Assembly (NCBI GenBank): GCA_040386535.1
Contig: JAZKFH010000024.1
Span: forward strand, 1 to 64,000
Direction of reading: 5' to 3'
From: Myxococcota bacterium
GTDB lineage: Bacteria; Myxococcota_A; UBA796; SXON01
DNA length: 64,000 nt
Shown: piece by piece, positions 26,269 to 35,853 of the stretch
How the letters are laid out: every line of letters starts with the position of its first letter
Position numbering within the stretch: position 1 is the first letter of the stretch
The notes under the pieces: model-generated
Seen by the model: the letters and a program-made list of their open reading frames with translations, nothing else
Database searches by the model: none
What the model was told of the DNA's origin: nothing
Position numbers and translations under genes: made by a program

Positions 26269-27117
26269 TCAGATGCGGACCAATTTCATTTGGACGTCGC
26301 TCGACCAGTGACTGTCGAACCCCTTCACGCACGTCGACAAGTACCGCTCATACTCGTCGTAAACCTTGTTCCCCCACTTCCCACGGATGAACGTCTCGTT
26401 CTCGCGCATGCGGCGGCGCCACTCGTGGGTGGTGCGGCCGTAGTGGGTCCGGCGGGTGTTGAGCTGGAGGATCTCCCACTTGGGGTTGACCGCCTGGATG
26501 AGGTCTTCGAGGCGGGGGTTGAGGCCGCCCGGGAAGATCACGTCGGCCGTGAACTGGAGATCGAGCAGATCCTGGCGGTTGCGCGGGATGCGGTTGCGCA
26601 GGATGGCCTGGAAGCCGAAGCAGGCGCCGGGCTCGACCCAGCTCGCGAGCTTGTTGAAGTAGGCGCGGTAGATGTCGACCGCGAGGCCCTCGCGCGCCTG
26701 GGCGGGCGAGCAGAGGTGGTCGATCATCTCGACGGACACGAGGGCGTCGTACGGCTCGGCCGGCGCGTAGTCCTTGTAGTCGCACAGGATGAACTTGGAG
26801 TTCGGCAGGTTGCGCGCGCGCGCCCACTCGAGCTGCTCGGTGGAGAGCGTGATGCCGTGGCCCTCCTTGCAGCCGCGCCGCACCGCGTAGTCGATCATCG
26901 AGCCCCAACCGCAGCCGATGTCGAGCACCGTCTTGTCGGGGGTGACCTCGGCGAAGTCGTACAGCCACTTCGCCTTGTTCTCCTGGGCCTCCTCGAGCGT
27001 CATGTCCTCGCGGTCGTAGACCGCCGAGGTGTAATGCATGTTCTCGTCGAGCCAGAGGCGGAAGAAGTCGTTGCTCACGTCGTAGGAGACTTCGATCTCT
27101 TCCTGCGTGCTGGTCAT
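26269..27117 (-). CDS. cfa: Cyclopropane fatty/mycolic acid synthase-family methyltransferase
   Basis: YDVSNDFFRLWLD..MHYT, LEEAQ..K, LDIGCGWG, GITLS.EQ, IFPGG. Confidence 0.88.
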   Translation of the reverse strand: MTSTQEEIEVSYDVSNDFFRLWLDENMHYTSAVYDREDMTLEEAQENKAKWLYDFAEVTPDKTVLDIGCGWGSMIDYAVRRGCKEGHGITLSTEQLEWARARNLPNSKFILCDYKDYAPAEPYDALVSVEMIDHLCSPAQAREGLAVDIYRAYFNKLASWVEPGACFGFQAILRNRIPRNRQDLLDLQFTADVIFPGGLNPRLEDLIQAVNPKWEILQLNTRRTHYGRTTHEWRRRMRENETFIRGKWGNKVYDEYERYLSTCVKGFDSHWSSDVQMKLVRI

Positions 27118-27242
27118 GACGGCCTCATCCTGGTGTAGCGGGTTGCGCGACCCGCTATCCGCCGACGCCAAGCCGCGCCATGGCGCCACAAGAGGACGGC
27201 GCGCCCGTCGTACTCCCGGGACAATTCCGGCCCGACGGTCAC

Positions 27243-27866
27243 TTATCGGTAGTCACCCAGCACATGGAACGGGAAGCCCGCCGCGACCTCCCGATCCGCC
27301 GGTCCGCGGAAGGCCCCCACGCCCTCGGGAAGCCCGCCGATCGCCTGGACGAACGCCTCGGTGGCGAGCACCTCCCCTCCCCGCGCCACGTCCTCGCCGA
27401 GCACGAAGGCGCGGTTCACCTCGGGGCCGAACACGTCGCGCCCGGGGAGGATGAGCGCGGGGCCGAAGCCGAGGCCCATACAGCCGCGCATGGGGGCGTT
27501 GCGGTCGTGGCCGGCGTGGCCGCTGCGCCCGACGTTGAAGGCCGCGAGCGCGCGCTGGGCGTCGAGCGCCGCGAGCAGGGCACGCGCGGGATCGTCGAAC
27601 ACGATGAACGCGGTGTCGGCGACCTGCTTGATGTGCACCCCGCCGTACTCGCCCATCACCGGCGCCATGGCCCGCTGCGCCGCCGCCGCGAGCGCCAGGG
27701 CGTACCCGACGCCGAACGCGTCCGTGCGCGCCACCATCTCCGTGAAATCCGTCACGAGCACGGCGGCGACGCGCCCGTAGCGGCGCTGGAGCTCGTCCTC
27801 CACGCCCTCGCGGGCGAAGTAGACGTCGAGCAGCTGGTCGAAGGTCAGGAACGAGAGATCGGACAT
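27243..27866 (-). CDS. Stand-alone class III adenylate/guanylate cyclase-domain protein
   Basis: AVLVTDFTEM, KQVADT, GLGFG, DVFGPEVNRA..LGED. Confidence 0.82.
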   Translation of the reverse strand: MSDLSFLTFDQLLDVYFAREGVEDELQRRYGRVAAVLVTDFTEMVARTDAFGVGYALALAAAAQRAMAPVMGEYGGVHIKQVADTAFIVFDDPARALLAALDAQRALAAFNVGRSGHAGHDRNAPMRGCMGLGFGPALILPGRDVFGPEVNRAFVLGEDVARGGEVLATEAFVQAIGGLPEGVGAFRGPADREVAAGFPFHVLGDYR

Positions 27867-27936
27867 GCGCGGGCCGCTATCGCGGTGGTCGAAACCGGGG
27901 CGCCCCCGTGCCGGGACGAGCGTTAGCTTTGCGGCC

Positions 27937-29130
27937 ATGCGCCCACGCCTCTCTCGCAAGCTCACCGGCTTCGGCACGACCATCTTCACCGAGATGACCC
28001 GCCTCGCGAACGAGCGCGGCGCCATCAACCTCGCGCAGGGGTTCCCCGACTTCGACGGGCCGGACTTCGTGAAGGAGGCGGCGGTCGAGGCGATCCGCGC
28101 CGGCCACGGGCAGTACGCGCGAATGTCGGGGATCCCCGCGCTGAACGCCGCGCTCTCCCGCAAGTACGCGCGCGACTATGCGCTCGCTTACGACGGCGAC
28201 ACGGAGATCACCGTCACGTCCGGCGCGACGGAGGCCATCTTCGCCGCACTGCAGGGGCTTTGCGACGTGGGCGACGAGGTCGTGATGTTCGAGCCGTTCT
28301 ACGACTCGTACCGGGCCAGCGTCTACATGGCGGGGGCGATCCCGCGGGTCGCGACGCTGCGGGCGCCCGTCGAAGGGGGATCCGAGTGGACGTTCGATCG
28401 CGACGCGACCCGCGCTCTCTTCGGGCCCCGCACCCGCGTGCTGCTCCTGAACTCGCCCCACAACCCCACCGGCAAGGTGTTCTCCCGTGACGAGCTCGCC
28501 TTCCTCGCCGGGTTGTGCCAGGAGCACGACGTCGTCTGCCTCTCCGACGAGGTGTACGAGCACCTCGTGTTCGACGGCGAGCACATCCCCATGGCGACGC
28601 TGCCCGGCATGCGCGAGCGCACGGTCACCATCTCGAGCCTGGGCAAGACCTTCTCCCTGACCGGCTGGAAGATCGGCTGGGCCGCCGCGCCCCCCGACCT
28701 CACGTTCGCGATCCGCTCGGCGCACCAGTTCATCACCTTCGCGACCGCCACGCCCCTCCAGCACGCCGCCGTCGCCGCGATTGACGCCGGCCCGGACTTC
28801 TACCGCCAGCTCACCGCGGACTACCGGCACAAACGCGACCTGCTGGTCGGAGAGCTCGCCCGCATCGGGTTCGCCGTGACCGCGCCGGCGGGCACCTACT
28901 TCGTGTGCGCGGGGTTCGCGCCCTTCGGCTTCACCGACGACGTCGCGTTCACGAAGCACCTCATCGAGGTCGGCGTGGCGGTCATCCCGCCGAGCGTGTT
29001 CTACGTTCATCCCCCGCCCGCGATTCCGGGGCACGGACGATCCTACGTGCGCTTCGCGTTCTGCAAGCGCGAAGAGACCCTGCGCGCCGCCGTGGCCCGC
29101 CTCGAGATCCTCACCCGGAAGGTCGTGTAG
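27937..29130 (+). CDS. PLP-dependent class I/II aminotransferase (YbdL/glutamine transaminase K type)
   Basis: AINLAQGFPDF, NSPHNPTG, SDEVYE, SLGKTFSLTGWKIGW, VRFAFCK. Confidence 0.93.
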   Translation: MRPRLSRKLTGFGTTIFTEMTRLANERGAINLAQGFPDFDGPDFVKEAAVEAIRAGHGQYARMSGIPALNAALSRKYARDYALAYDGDTEITVTSGATEAIFAALQGLCDVGDEVVMFEPFYDSYRASVYMAGAIPRVATLRAPVEGGSEWTFDRDATRALFGPRTRVLLLNSPHNPTGKVFSRDELAFLAGLCQEHDVVCLSDEVYEHLVFDGEHIPMATLPGMRERTVTISSLGKTFSLTGWKIGWAAAPPDLTFAIRSAHQFITFATATPLQHAAVAAIDAGPDFYRQLTADYRHKRDLLVGELARIGFAVTAPAGTYFVCAGFAPFGFTDDVAFTKHLIEVGVAVIPPSVFYVHPPPAIPGHGRSYVRFAFCKREETLRAAVARLEILTRKVV

Positions 29131-29904
29131 ATGCGCGTCGCCCTGATTCAGCTCGATCTCGCCTGGGAGGACGCCCGGGAGAACCACACGCGCGCCGACC
29201 GGCGTCTGCGCGAGGCCGCCGCGCTGGGCGCCCGCCTCGCCATCCTCCCCGAGATGTTCTGCTCGGGCTTCTCGATGAACCCGGGCAAGGTCGCCGAGCC
29301 CGAGGACGGTCCCACCGAGACCTTCCTCCGCGACGCCGCCGAGGGCCTCGGCATGTGGATCCTGGCGGGTGTGCCGCTCCGCGCGTCCGACGCCGCGCCG
29401 GGCCCGCGCAACGTGGCCGCGCTGGTCTCACCCGACGGCGCGATCCAGCGCTACACGAAAATCCATCCCTTCTCGTTCGGCGACGAGAACACCCACTACG
29501 TCGCGGGGGACCGCGTCGCGCGCTGGAACGTCGAGGGCCTGCGCATCACGCCGTTCATCTGCTACGACCTTCGCTTTCCGGAGCCGTTCCGCGCCACCGC
29601 CGACGACACCGACGCCTACGTGGTGATCGCGAGCTGGCCCGAGAAGCGGCGGCACCACTGGTCGACCCTGCTTCGCGCGCGCGCGATCGAGAACCAGGCG
29701 TACGTGCTCGGTGTGAACCGCGTGGGCCAGGGCGGCGGGCTCGCCTACAGCGGCCAGTCCGTCGCGGTCGACCCGTGGGGCGAGGCGCTCGTGGAGGCCT
29801 CCGCCCAGGAGGCCGTGCTCGTCACGGAGATCGATCCCGCCGTCATCTCAGAGGCACGGCGCACGTTTCCGCCGCTGGCCGATCGCCGCAGCTTCCAGCG
29901 CTGA
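29131..29904 (+). CDS. Carbon-nitrogen hydrolase (omega-amidase YafV/MtnU-like)
   Basis: LPEMF, YTKIHPF, ICYDLRFPE (E-K-C triad), ARAIENQ. Confidence 0.92.
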   Translation: MRVALIQLDLAWEDARENHTRADRRLREAAALGARLAILPEMFCSGFSMNPGKVAEPEDGPTETFLRDAAEGLGMWILAGVPLRASDAAPGPRNVAALVSPDGAIQRYTKIHPFSFGDENTHYVAGDRVARWNVEGLRITPFICYDLRFPEPFRATADDTDAYVVIASWPEKRRHHWSTLLRARAIENQAYVLGVNRVGQGGGLAYSGQSVAVDPWGEALVEASAQEAVLVTEIDPAVISEARRTFPPLADRRSFQR

Positions 29905-29919
29905 GCGGCCAGACCTGAC

Positions 29920-31452
29920 CTACTTGCGGCGGTCTTCCGGATCCAGGAAGCGCTCGATCGCCTGCCGCACGCGCACCACGCCGTAGCCGTGGGGCACGCA
30001 CACGAACCCGACGTTCATCTCGCGGCAGGCCGGGATGATGATCTGGTCGGCGTCGTGGCCGGTGAAGCGGGTCAGGAGGATGACGAGGTCGACGCGGCCC
30101 GAGCGGACACGATCCCGCACGCCATGCAGGTTGTTCCGCTTGTACTCGGCGCCCACCCACTCGAGCTCGGCGAAGCCGAAGGCCTGCTCCAGCCGCACAC
30201 GGTTGGGCTCGCGCGGATCGCCGCCGACGATGAGGGCTCGCTGGTCCTTGGTGAAGCCCCACCACGCCCAGTCCGGCGGGATCTGAGACACCTCGGCGCC
30301 GGCGTCCTCCGCCTCCTCGCCCTGGCTCGCGTCCGCGTCGTCCCGGATGGCGCGGCGGAGGGAGCGGAACTCGGGCGCCTCGAACACCTCGGACATGGTC
30401 GCGAGGATGCGCACGAGGCGCGGGTTGCGTGCCTGGAGCCCCATCGAGAAGGCGCCCAGCACCTCGCGGCGGAGCTGGGCGGCCACGGCGGAGCGGACCT
30501 CCTCCGGGCACGTGGCCATCTCGCGGACGAGGCCCTCGATCACGTCGAGCTTGCGCTGGATGTTGGGCTCGGCCTCGACCGGCGTCGGCACCATGGCGGC
30601 GAGCCGCTCATAGAGCGCCTCGGCCTCGCCCTCCCAGGTCTCCCGGTTGGGCTGGTGCCAACGGGCGAGCCCGTAGACGTACCCGGGCCGCGCGCGCTTG
30701 ACGTAGGCGGAGAGCGAGCCGAACGCGAAGTCGACCCGGCGGTCGGCCAGCAGCCCCGGGTGCTCCTGGAGGGCCCGCAGGCGCGCCGCGAGCAGGCCGA
30801 TGAGGGTGGCTTGGACCTCGGGCGGGAGGAGCTTCCACTTCTCCAGCGCGTCGACCACGCGGAGGACCGCGACCAGGTCGGCCTCGGGCTCCCGCGCCGG
30901 AAGGAGCTCGTTCAGCTGCTCGGCGAGGCGCGCCGGCCAATCGGCCGGAGGAGCCTGCACCCGGAACCCGCCGCCGCCTTCGACATGGGCCTTGAGGCCC
31001 GCGAGTGCGTTGGCCGAGGCGAGGTTCACCGGGGGCGAGTCGGGCGCCCGTCCCGGTAGGCGGCCGTTCGGGATCCGCTCGGTGGGCGCGTCGTCCTCGA
31101 GGGGCTCCTCGCGCGGGGGGAGCGCGACGATGCGGGCGGGCTCGTCGAGCGGGGCCGGCTTCTCCGCACGCGGCGGCCCCGGCTCGGCGGGCTCGGCGCG
31201 ACCGTCGGGGAGGAGGGAGAGGCTCCCTCCCGCGCGCCGCCAGCCCAACAAGAGCTCGGATATCGCCAGCGCGTGATCTCGCTGCTGGTCGAGGAGGTTC
31301 GTTCGGAGGTCCTCGGGGAGCGAGGCGCCGCGCCATTCGCCCAGCTGCTCGATGGAGGTCAACAACCGATCGACCAGCTCAGCTCTTCGGCTGGCCTCTT
31401 GCTCCAATCCGGCGATCAACCGTGGATCGAGCGCGCTCGAAGATCGTTGCAT
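29920..31452 (-). CDS. Hypothetical protein with C-terminal DUF2325-like domain
   Basis: C-terminal ALIVGG...VDLVILLTRFTGH...ACREMNVGF matches the DUF2325 pattern; helical N-terminal region. Confidence 0.75.
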   Translation of the reverse strand: MQRSSSALDPRLIAGLEQEASRRAELVDRLLTSIEQLGEWRGASLPEDLRTNLLDQQRDHALAISELLLGWRRAGGSLSLLPDGRAEPAEPGPPRAEKPAPLDEPARIVALPPREEPLEDDAPTERIPNGRLPGRAPDSPPVNLASANALAGLKAHVEGGGGFRVQAPPADWPARLAEQLNELLPAREPEADLVAVLRVVDALEKWKLLPPEVQATLIGLLAARLRALQEHPGLLADRRVDFAFGSLSAYVKRARPGYVYGLARWHQPNRETWEGEAEALYERLAAMVPTPVEAEPNIQRKLDVIEGLVREMATCPEEVRSAVAAQLRREVLGAFSMGLQARNPRLVRILATMSEVFEAPEFRSLRRAIRDDADASQGEEAEDAGAEVSQIPPDWAWWGFTKDQRALIVGGDPREPNRVRLEQAFGFAELEWVGAEYKRNNLHGVRDRVRSGRVDLVILLTRFTGHDADQIIIPACREMNVGFVCVPHGYGVVRVRQAIERFLDPEDRRK

Positions 31453-31598
31453 CAGGAACTCCTCGGGTACCGGGCCATCATTCTAACGATGATATCCGGC
31501 TTCGCATCTTCCATGGAAGGAGCAGGAAAGGTGCGACGAAGGATGACCGACCGCAACGTGGCGCTACGTTTCGCGGGATCGGTTCACCGTGCCCTCGC

Positions 31599-33023
31599 TC
31601 ACTCGCGCGGCTCGTCGACCCCCACGCGCCGCGCCCAGTCGGTGCGCAACACGCCAGCGGGATCCACCTGGCGGCGGAGCGCCTGGAAGCGGCTCACGCG
31701 CTCCTGGCCCCACGCGCGCCGGAAGTCGTTGGGGCGCAGCGTGAGGTCCTTCGCCGGGTAGAAGCGGCCGCCCGCGGCGAGCACGATGTCGGAGAGCTCG
31801 CCGGTGAGCTTCCAGAGCGCCTCGCGGCCCGCGCGCGGCACCGGGTAGTCCATGGCGAAGGAGTAGCCGTCGAGCGCGTGGGACAGGAGGAAGTCGTCCG
31901 GGCGATGGCGCTTCATGACCCCGAGGAAGCTCGGCATCCCCGCCGCCTGCGTGCGCTTGAGGATCTCGCCGAACACGTACGGCGCGGCCTCCTTCGGCAC
32001 GAACGGCTGGTACTGGATGAAGCCGGCGGGCTCGTACGTGCTGCGGAAATTCGGCACGTAGTCGAGCAGGAACGCGAACGCGACGTGGTTCTGGAGGTAC
32101 TGCCCCTTGGGGCCGAAGCGGGCCACGAGGTACTTCCCGAGGTTGACCAGCCCCATGCCGTGGCGGTTGTTGAAGGCCCGGAGGATCTTCGGCACGAGCG
32201 CGCGCGGCACGCCGAGGATGTGCGGCGGGAGGTCCTGGCGGGCGGGATCTAGCAAGCGGACACCGTCCGGATCCTCTCCCTCCTTGAAGTACTGGGCCAC
32301 GTGCACCTGGCCGCGCCCGAGCGACGCGCCGCCGGCGATGCAGTCGACCCAGCTCACGAGATAGTCGGCGTTGGCCTCCTCCCGTTCGAAGATCTCGAAC
32401 TGCTCGGCGAGCGTGCGCGCGGGGATCTGCCGCACCTTCATCCGCCCGGAGTGCACCTTCTTGAGGCGGAGCTTGATCCGCGTCATCGTGCCGAGCATGC
32501 CGAAGCCCGCGATGGCGCCGTGGAACAGGTCGGCGTTCTCGTCGCGGGAGATGCGCAGGGTGTGCCCCGCCGGGGTGACGAGATCGGCCTCGACGATCGA
32601 GTCCCCCGTGCCGCCGACGTGGAAGTGGTTCTTCCCGTGCACGTTCATCGCGGCGCAGCCGCCCATCGTCGCGAACATGGTGCCGGGCACCACGGAGGGC
32701 CACCAGCCGAGCGGCAACGCGTGGCGCCACAACCCCTCGATCGTCACGCCCGGCTCGACCTCGGCGATCCCGGCGGCCGCGTCGAACGACAACACGCGGT
32801 CCATGCCGAGGGTGTCGAGCACGATGCCTTCGCGGTTGAGCGCCGCGTCCCCGTAGGAGCGGCCGTTGCCGCGCATGCCGACGGTGAGGCCCTCGGCGGT
32901 GGCGCGCGCGTAGACCTCGGCGACCTCCTCCGCGGAGCGGGGCCGGACCGTGGGAGACACGCCGCGGACGGCGAAGCCGAAGCCGTCGAGCACGCGGCGG
33001 GGAGCGAGCGCGAGAGGGCGCAT
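31599..33023 (-). CDS. FAD-binding oxidoreductase (DprE1-like)
   Basis: RGNGRSYGDAALN, VVPGT..ATMGG..A.NVHGKNH, AGGRFYPAKD. Confidence 0.88.
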   Translation of the reverse strand: MRPLALAPRRVLDGFGFAVRGVSPTVRPRSAEEVAEVYARATAEGLTVGMRGNGRSYGDAALNREGIVLDTLGMDRVLSFDAAAGIAEVEPGVTIEGLWRHALPLGWWPSVVPGTMFATMGGCAAMNVHGKNHFHVGGTGDSIVEADLVTPAGHTLRISRDENADLFHGAIAGFGMLGTMTRIKLRLKKVHSGRMKVRQIPARTLAEQFEIFEREEANADYLVSWVDCIAGGASLGRGQVHVAQYFKEGEDPDGVRLLDPARQDLPPHILGVPRALVPKILRAFNNRHGMGLVNLGKYLVARFGPKGQYLQNHVAFAFLLDYVPNFRSTYEPAGFIQYQPFVPKEAAPYVFGEILKRTQAAGMPSFLGVMKRHRPDDFLLSHALDGYSFAMDYPVPRAGREALWKLTGELSDIVLAAGGRFYPAKDLTLRPNDFRRAWGQERVSRFQALRRQVDPAGVLRTDWARRVGVDEPRE

Positions 33024-33757
33024 CAGATGTTCGTCCGCCGGAAGATCACCGACGGGACGTTCTTGATGATCCACATGATCGGCCCCCAGATGGCGGGAAC
33101 GTAGCCCTCGCTCGCGCCGGAGCGCATCAGCGCCAGCGCCCCGTCCGCCGCCTGGTCGACGCCGATCATGAGCGGGAGCTTGAGCCCCTTGGTCATCGGC
33201 GTGTCGACCGGGCCGGGCTTGACCGTCACCACGTTCACGCCGTAGCGGGACAGGCGGTTGCGCAGCGCCTCGAGGTAGGTGGTCATCCCCGCCTTCGACG
33301 TGTGGTACGCGGGGTTGCCGCGGCGCCCGCGATCCCCCGCGACGCTGGAGATGCCGCAGATCGTGCCCTTGCGCTGCGCCTCCATGTGCGCCGACGCCAG
33401 ATCGAGCCAACACATGCCCGCGAGCAGGTTGACCTCGATCATCTCGCGGTCCTTGGCGAAGTCGTACTCGCTCTCGTCGATCCTCGGCATGACGCCAGCG
33501 TTGTAGACGATGAGGTCACAGCCGCCGAGGTCCTTCACGATCCGGTCGAACAGGGCCGGCGTGGCGTCGTAGTCGCGCACGTCGTGGGCGTAGCCGGTCA
33601 CCTTTCCGCCCGTGTCTCCCGCGATCCGGTCGAGCTCGGTCTTGCGACGCGCCACGGCGGCCACCCGCGTGCCGCCCGCGGCGAGCTTGCGCACCATGGC
33701 CTCGCCGATCCCGGAGGAGGCGCCGACGATGATGGCGGTGGAGAAGGGGGCAGACAT
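33023..33757 (-). CDS. Short-chain dehydrogenase/reductase (DprE2-like)
   Basis: GASSGIG, SSVAGDRGR, YHTSK (YxxxK), KPGPVDTPMT. Confidence 0.88.
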   Translation of the reverse strand: MSAPFSTAIIVGASSGIGEAMVRKLAAGGTRVAAVARRKTELDRIAGDTGGKVTGYAHDVRDYDATPALFDRIVKDLGGCDLIVYNAGVMPRIDESEYDFAKDREMIEVNLLAGMCWLDLASAHMEAQRKGTICGISSVAGDRGRRGNPAYHTSKAGMTTYLEALRNRLSRYGVNVVTVKPGPVDTPMTKGLKLPLMIGVDQAADGALALMRSGASEGYVPAIWGPIMWIIKNVPSVIFRRTNI

Positions 33758-33806
33758 GGCGGGCGCTCCGCGCGGCACAGGTTCGAAGAGGCGGCAACGT
33801 AGCCCG

Positions 33807-34625
33807 TCACGAACGGATGCGACCGTCCTCCGCGACCACGAAGGGACCCGTGGGGATCTGCAAAGGATCGAGGCGCGCTTTCGCGAGCGGACCGGGCGGC
33901 AGGCCGAGCAGCGGGAGCAGGAGCGCCCACACCCGATCGGGCGTCCATCCGGCCTCCCGCAACGCCGCGATTCCGGCGCTGCCGTGGGACTTGGACAACT
34001 TCCGCCCGTCCCCGCCGAGGAGCACGGGCACGTGCAGCCACGTCGGCGGCCGGAGGCCGAGCGCCTCGTACAGGCGCACCTGGACCGCGGTGGCATCGAG
34101 CAGATCGCCGCCGCGGACCACCTCCGTGACGCCGTCACGGGCGTCGTCCAGCACTACGGCCAGCGGGTAGGCGGCCTCGCCGTCGGCGCGCACGAGCACG
34201 GGATCATCCTCGGGGACGATGTCGCACGGCCCGCGCGCGCGGTCGACGAACGCGACGGAGCCCGGCGGCGTGCGGAACCGCCACACGCCCGCGGCGTGGT
34301 CCGCGTCCCGGCACACGCAGCCCCGCGCGAGGCGCGCCGCGCGGTTGCAGGTGCATCGGTAGGTGGCGAGCCCGTCGAGCGGGTACGTCCGCTGCGACTG
34401 GGGTGTCACCTCCTCGTCCCAGTCGATGCCGAGCCAGACCAGATCGGCGCGCTGGGCCGCCGCCACGTCGTCACGCGCACGCCCACGGTCGAGGTCCTCC
34501 ACGCGCAGGAGCACGCGCCCGCCGGCGTTGCGGACGGAGAGCCACGCGGCGCCGAACGCCAGGGCGTTCCCCAGGTGGAGGAGGCCGGAGGGGGTGGGGG
34601 CGAGGCGGCCGATGGGCGAGGACAT
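33807..34625 (-). CDS. gluQ: Glutamyl-Q tRNA(Asp) synthetase
   Basis: RLAPTPSGLLHLGN, RVEDLD, YRCTC.R, VVLDD, VVRGGDL, KLSKS. No anticodon-binding domain. Confidence 0.85.
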   Translation of the reverse strand: MSSPIGRLAPTPSGLLHLGNALAFGAAWLSVRNAGGRVLLRVEDLDRGRARDDVAAAQRADLVWLGIDWDEEVTPQSQRTYPLDGLATYRCTCNRAARLARGCVCRDADHAAGVWRFRTPPGSVAFVDRARGPCDIVPEDDPVLVRADGEAAYPLAVVLDDARDGVTEVVRGGDLLDATAVQVRLYEALGLRPPTWLHVPVLLGGDGRKLSKSHGSAGIAALREAGWTPDRVWALLLPLLGLPPGPLAKARLDPLQIPTGPFVVAEDGRIRS

Positions 34626-34695
34626 GCGTGGATGCCGGGCTGGCGGCGGGCGTAAACGGGCTCTCTAACGGCTCGGGCCGACGCCTCGGGGCCGC

Positions 34696-35853
34696 CTACC
34701 GCTCGTCCGCGCCGATGTCCGGCGTCGCGTCGCGCGCGTCCCCGTCGATGTCGTCCGCGATGCCCGCGAGCACGGCGCCCGCGTCGATTGCCTCGCTGCC
34801 GTCGGCGAGGTGGAGGTCCCCCGCGGCCGCGTCGGCGAAGTCGCCCGCCGTCGGGGTCAGGTTGTCGGAGGCCACGCCGCCGCCGCCGTCGGACAGGCTC
34901 GCGAGGTTGTTCGCCAGCACGAGCCCCTCGGAGAACGCCCACGCGAGGTCACCGCCCCAGATGGACGCGTGCGCGACCGTGCCGCCGCACGCATCCTCGA
35001 CGCGCACCCCGCCGCCGACCACGAACACGTTGCGTACCTCGCCGCCGTAGTGGCCCACCGATGTACGTTCGGGGCAGGCGGCGTCGCTGTAGACGCGCTC
35101 GTCGCCCTCTTCGTACTCGGCCTCGCCCAGCGCGATGGCGGCGCCACCGCCCGTCGTGACCCGGATCCGCTCGATCAGCGTGTCCCGGCTCCCCGTCGCG
35201 AACCGGATCCCCGGCTCGTCGCAGCCCGGCGCGTCGATCGTGGCGCCGTACACGTGCGCGCCCGACGCCTGCACCCCGTCGATGCCGACGGCGCACGTGT
35301 CCGTGCGGACCACGCGCACGCAGGCGACCACGGCGTCGTCGCTGTAGACGCCGCGGTCGGGGAGCACGGCCACGCCGATGTCCCCGGGATCCTGGATCAC
35401 GACGCCATACACACGCGCGCCGGTCGCGCCGCGGATCGCCACGGCGTTCCCCGAGGCGTGCGAGACCGTGACCTCGGCGAGCAGGGCGCCACCGCCGAGC
35501 GTCACGAGCTCGGTCGTGGCGTACCCGCCCTCGAGCACGACCGACGCGGGATCGCCGGAGGCGGAGCGGACGGTCACGCCGGGGGCGATCGCGAGGTTGT
35601 GGAAGCTGTCGCCGCCGGTCAGCGTGTACGTGCCGTCGTCCAGGAGGTAGACGGCGCCCGGCGGAGCGGTGGCGAGGGTCTCGCGGAGGGTGTTCGCGTC
35701 CTCGGGGCCGACGCGGAAGCCGTTGCCCGCCGGCAGCGTGGCGCAGTCGGCCGGCAGCGCGATCGGCGCGGGGAGCACGGCGGTGTCGTCGTCCTTCCCG
35801 TCCGGATCGGTGCAGCCGACCAGCGCGAGGACGGCCACGAGGGCCCTACCCAC
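34696..35853 (-). CDS. Right-handed beta-helix lipoprotein (pectin-lyase-like fold)
   Basis: Lipobox LVGC; LDDGTY; C-terminal DLHL..GS.AIDAG...DIDGDARD..PDIGADE. Confidence 0.85.
   Translation of the reverse strand: MGRALVAVLALVGCTDPDGKDDDTAVLPAPIALPADCATLPAGNGFRVGPEDANTLRETLATAPPGAVYLLDDGTYTLTGGDSFHNLAIAPGVTVRSASGDPASVVLEGGYATTELVTLGGGALLAEVTVSHASGNAVAIRGATGARVYGVVIQDPGDIGVAVLPDRGVYSDDAVVACVRVVRTDTCAVGIDGVQASGAHVYGATIDAPGCDEPGIRFATGSRDTLIERIRVTTGGGAAIALGEAEYEEGDERVYSDAACPERTSVGHYGGEVRNVFVVGGGVRVEDACGGTVAHASIWGGDLAWAFSEGLVLANNLASLSDGGGGVASDNLTPTAGDFADAAAGDLHLADGSEAIDAGAVLAGIADDIDGDARDATPDIGADER

Noticed and set aside
26000..26390. Short ORFs over repeat locus 1 (and 45339-46021 over locus 2)
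   Set aside because: Translations merely reflect the repeat (RKAGN.., FLPSC..) and have atypical codon usage.
27937..29904. Aminotransferase + nitrilase pair as a novel pathway
   Set aside because: Matches the known glutamine transaminase / omega-amidase coupling (methionine salvage type).
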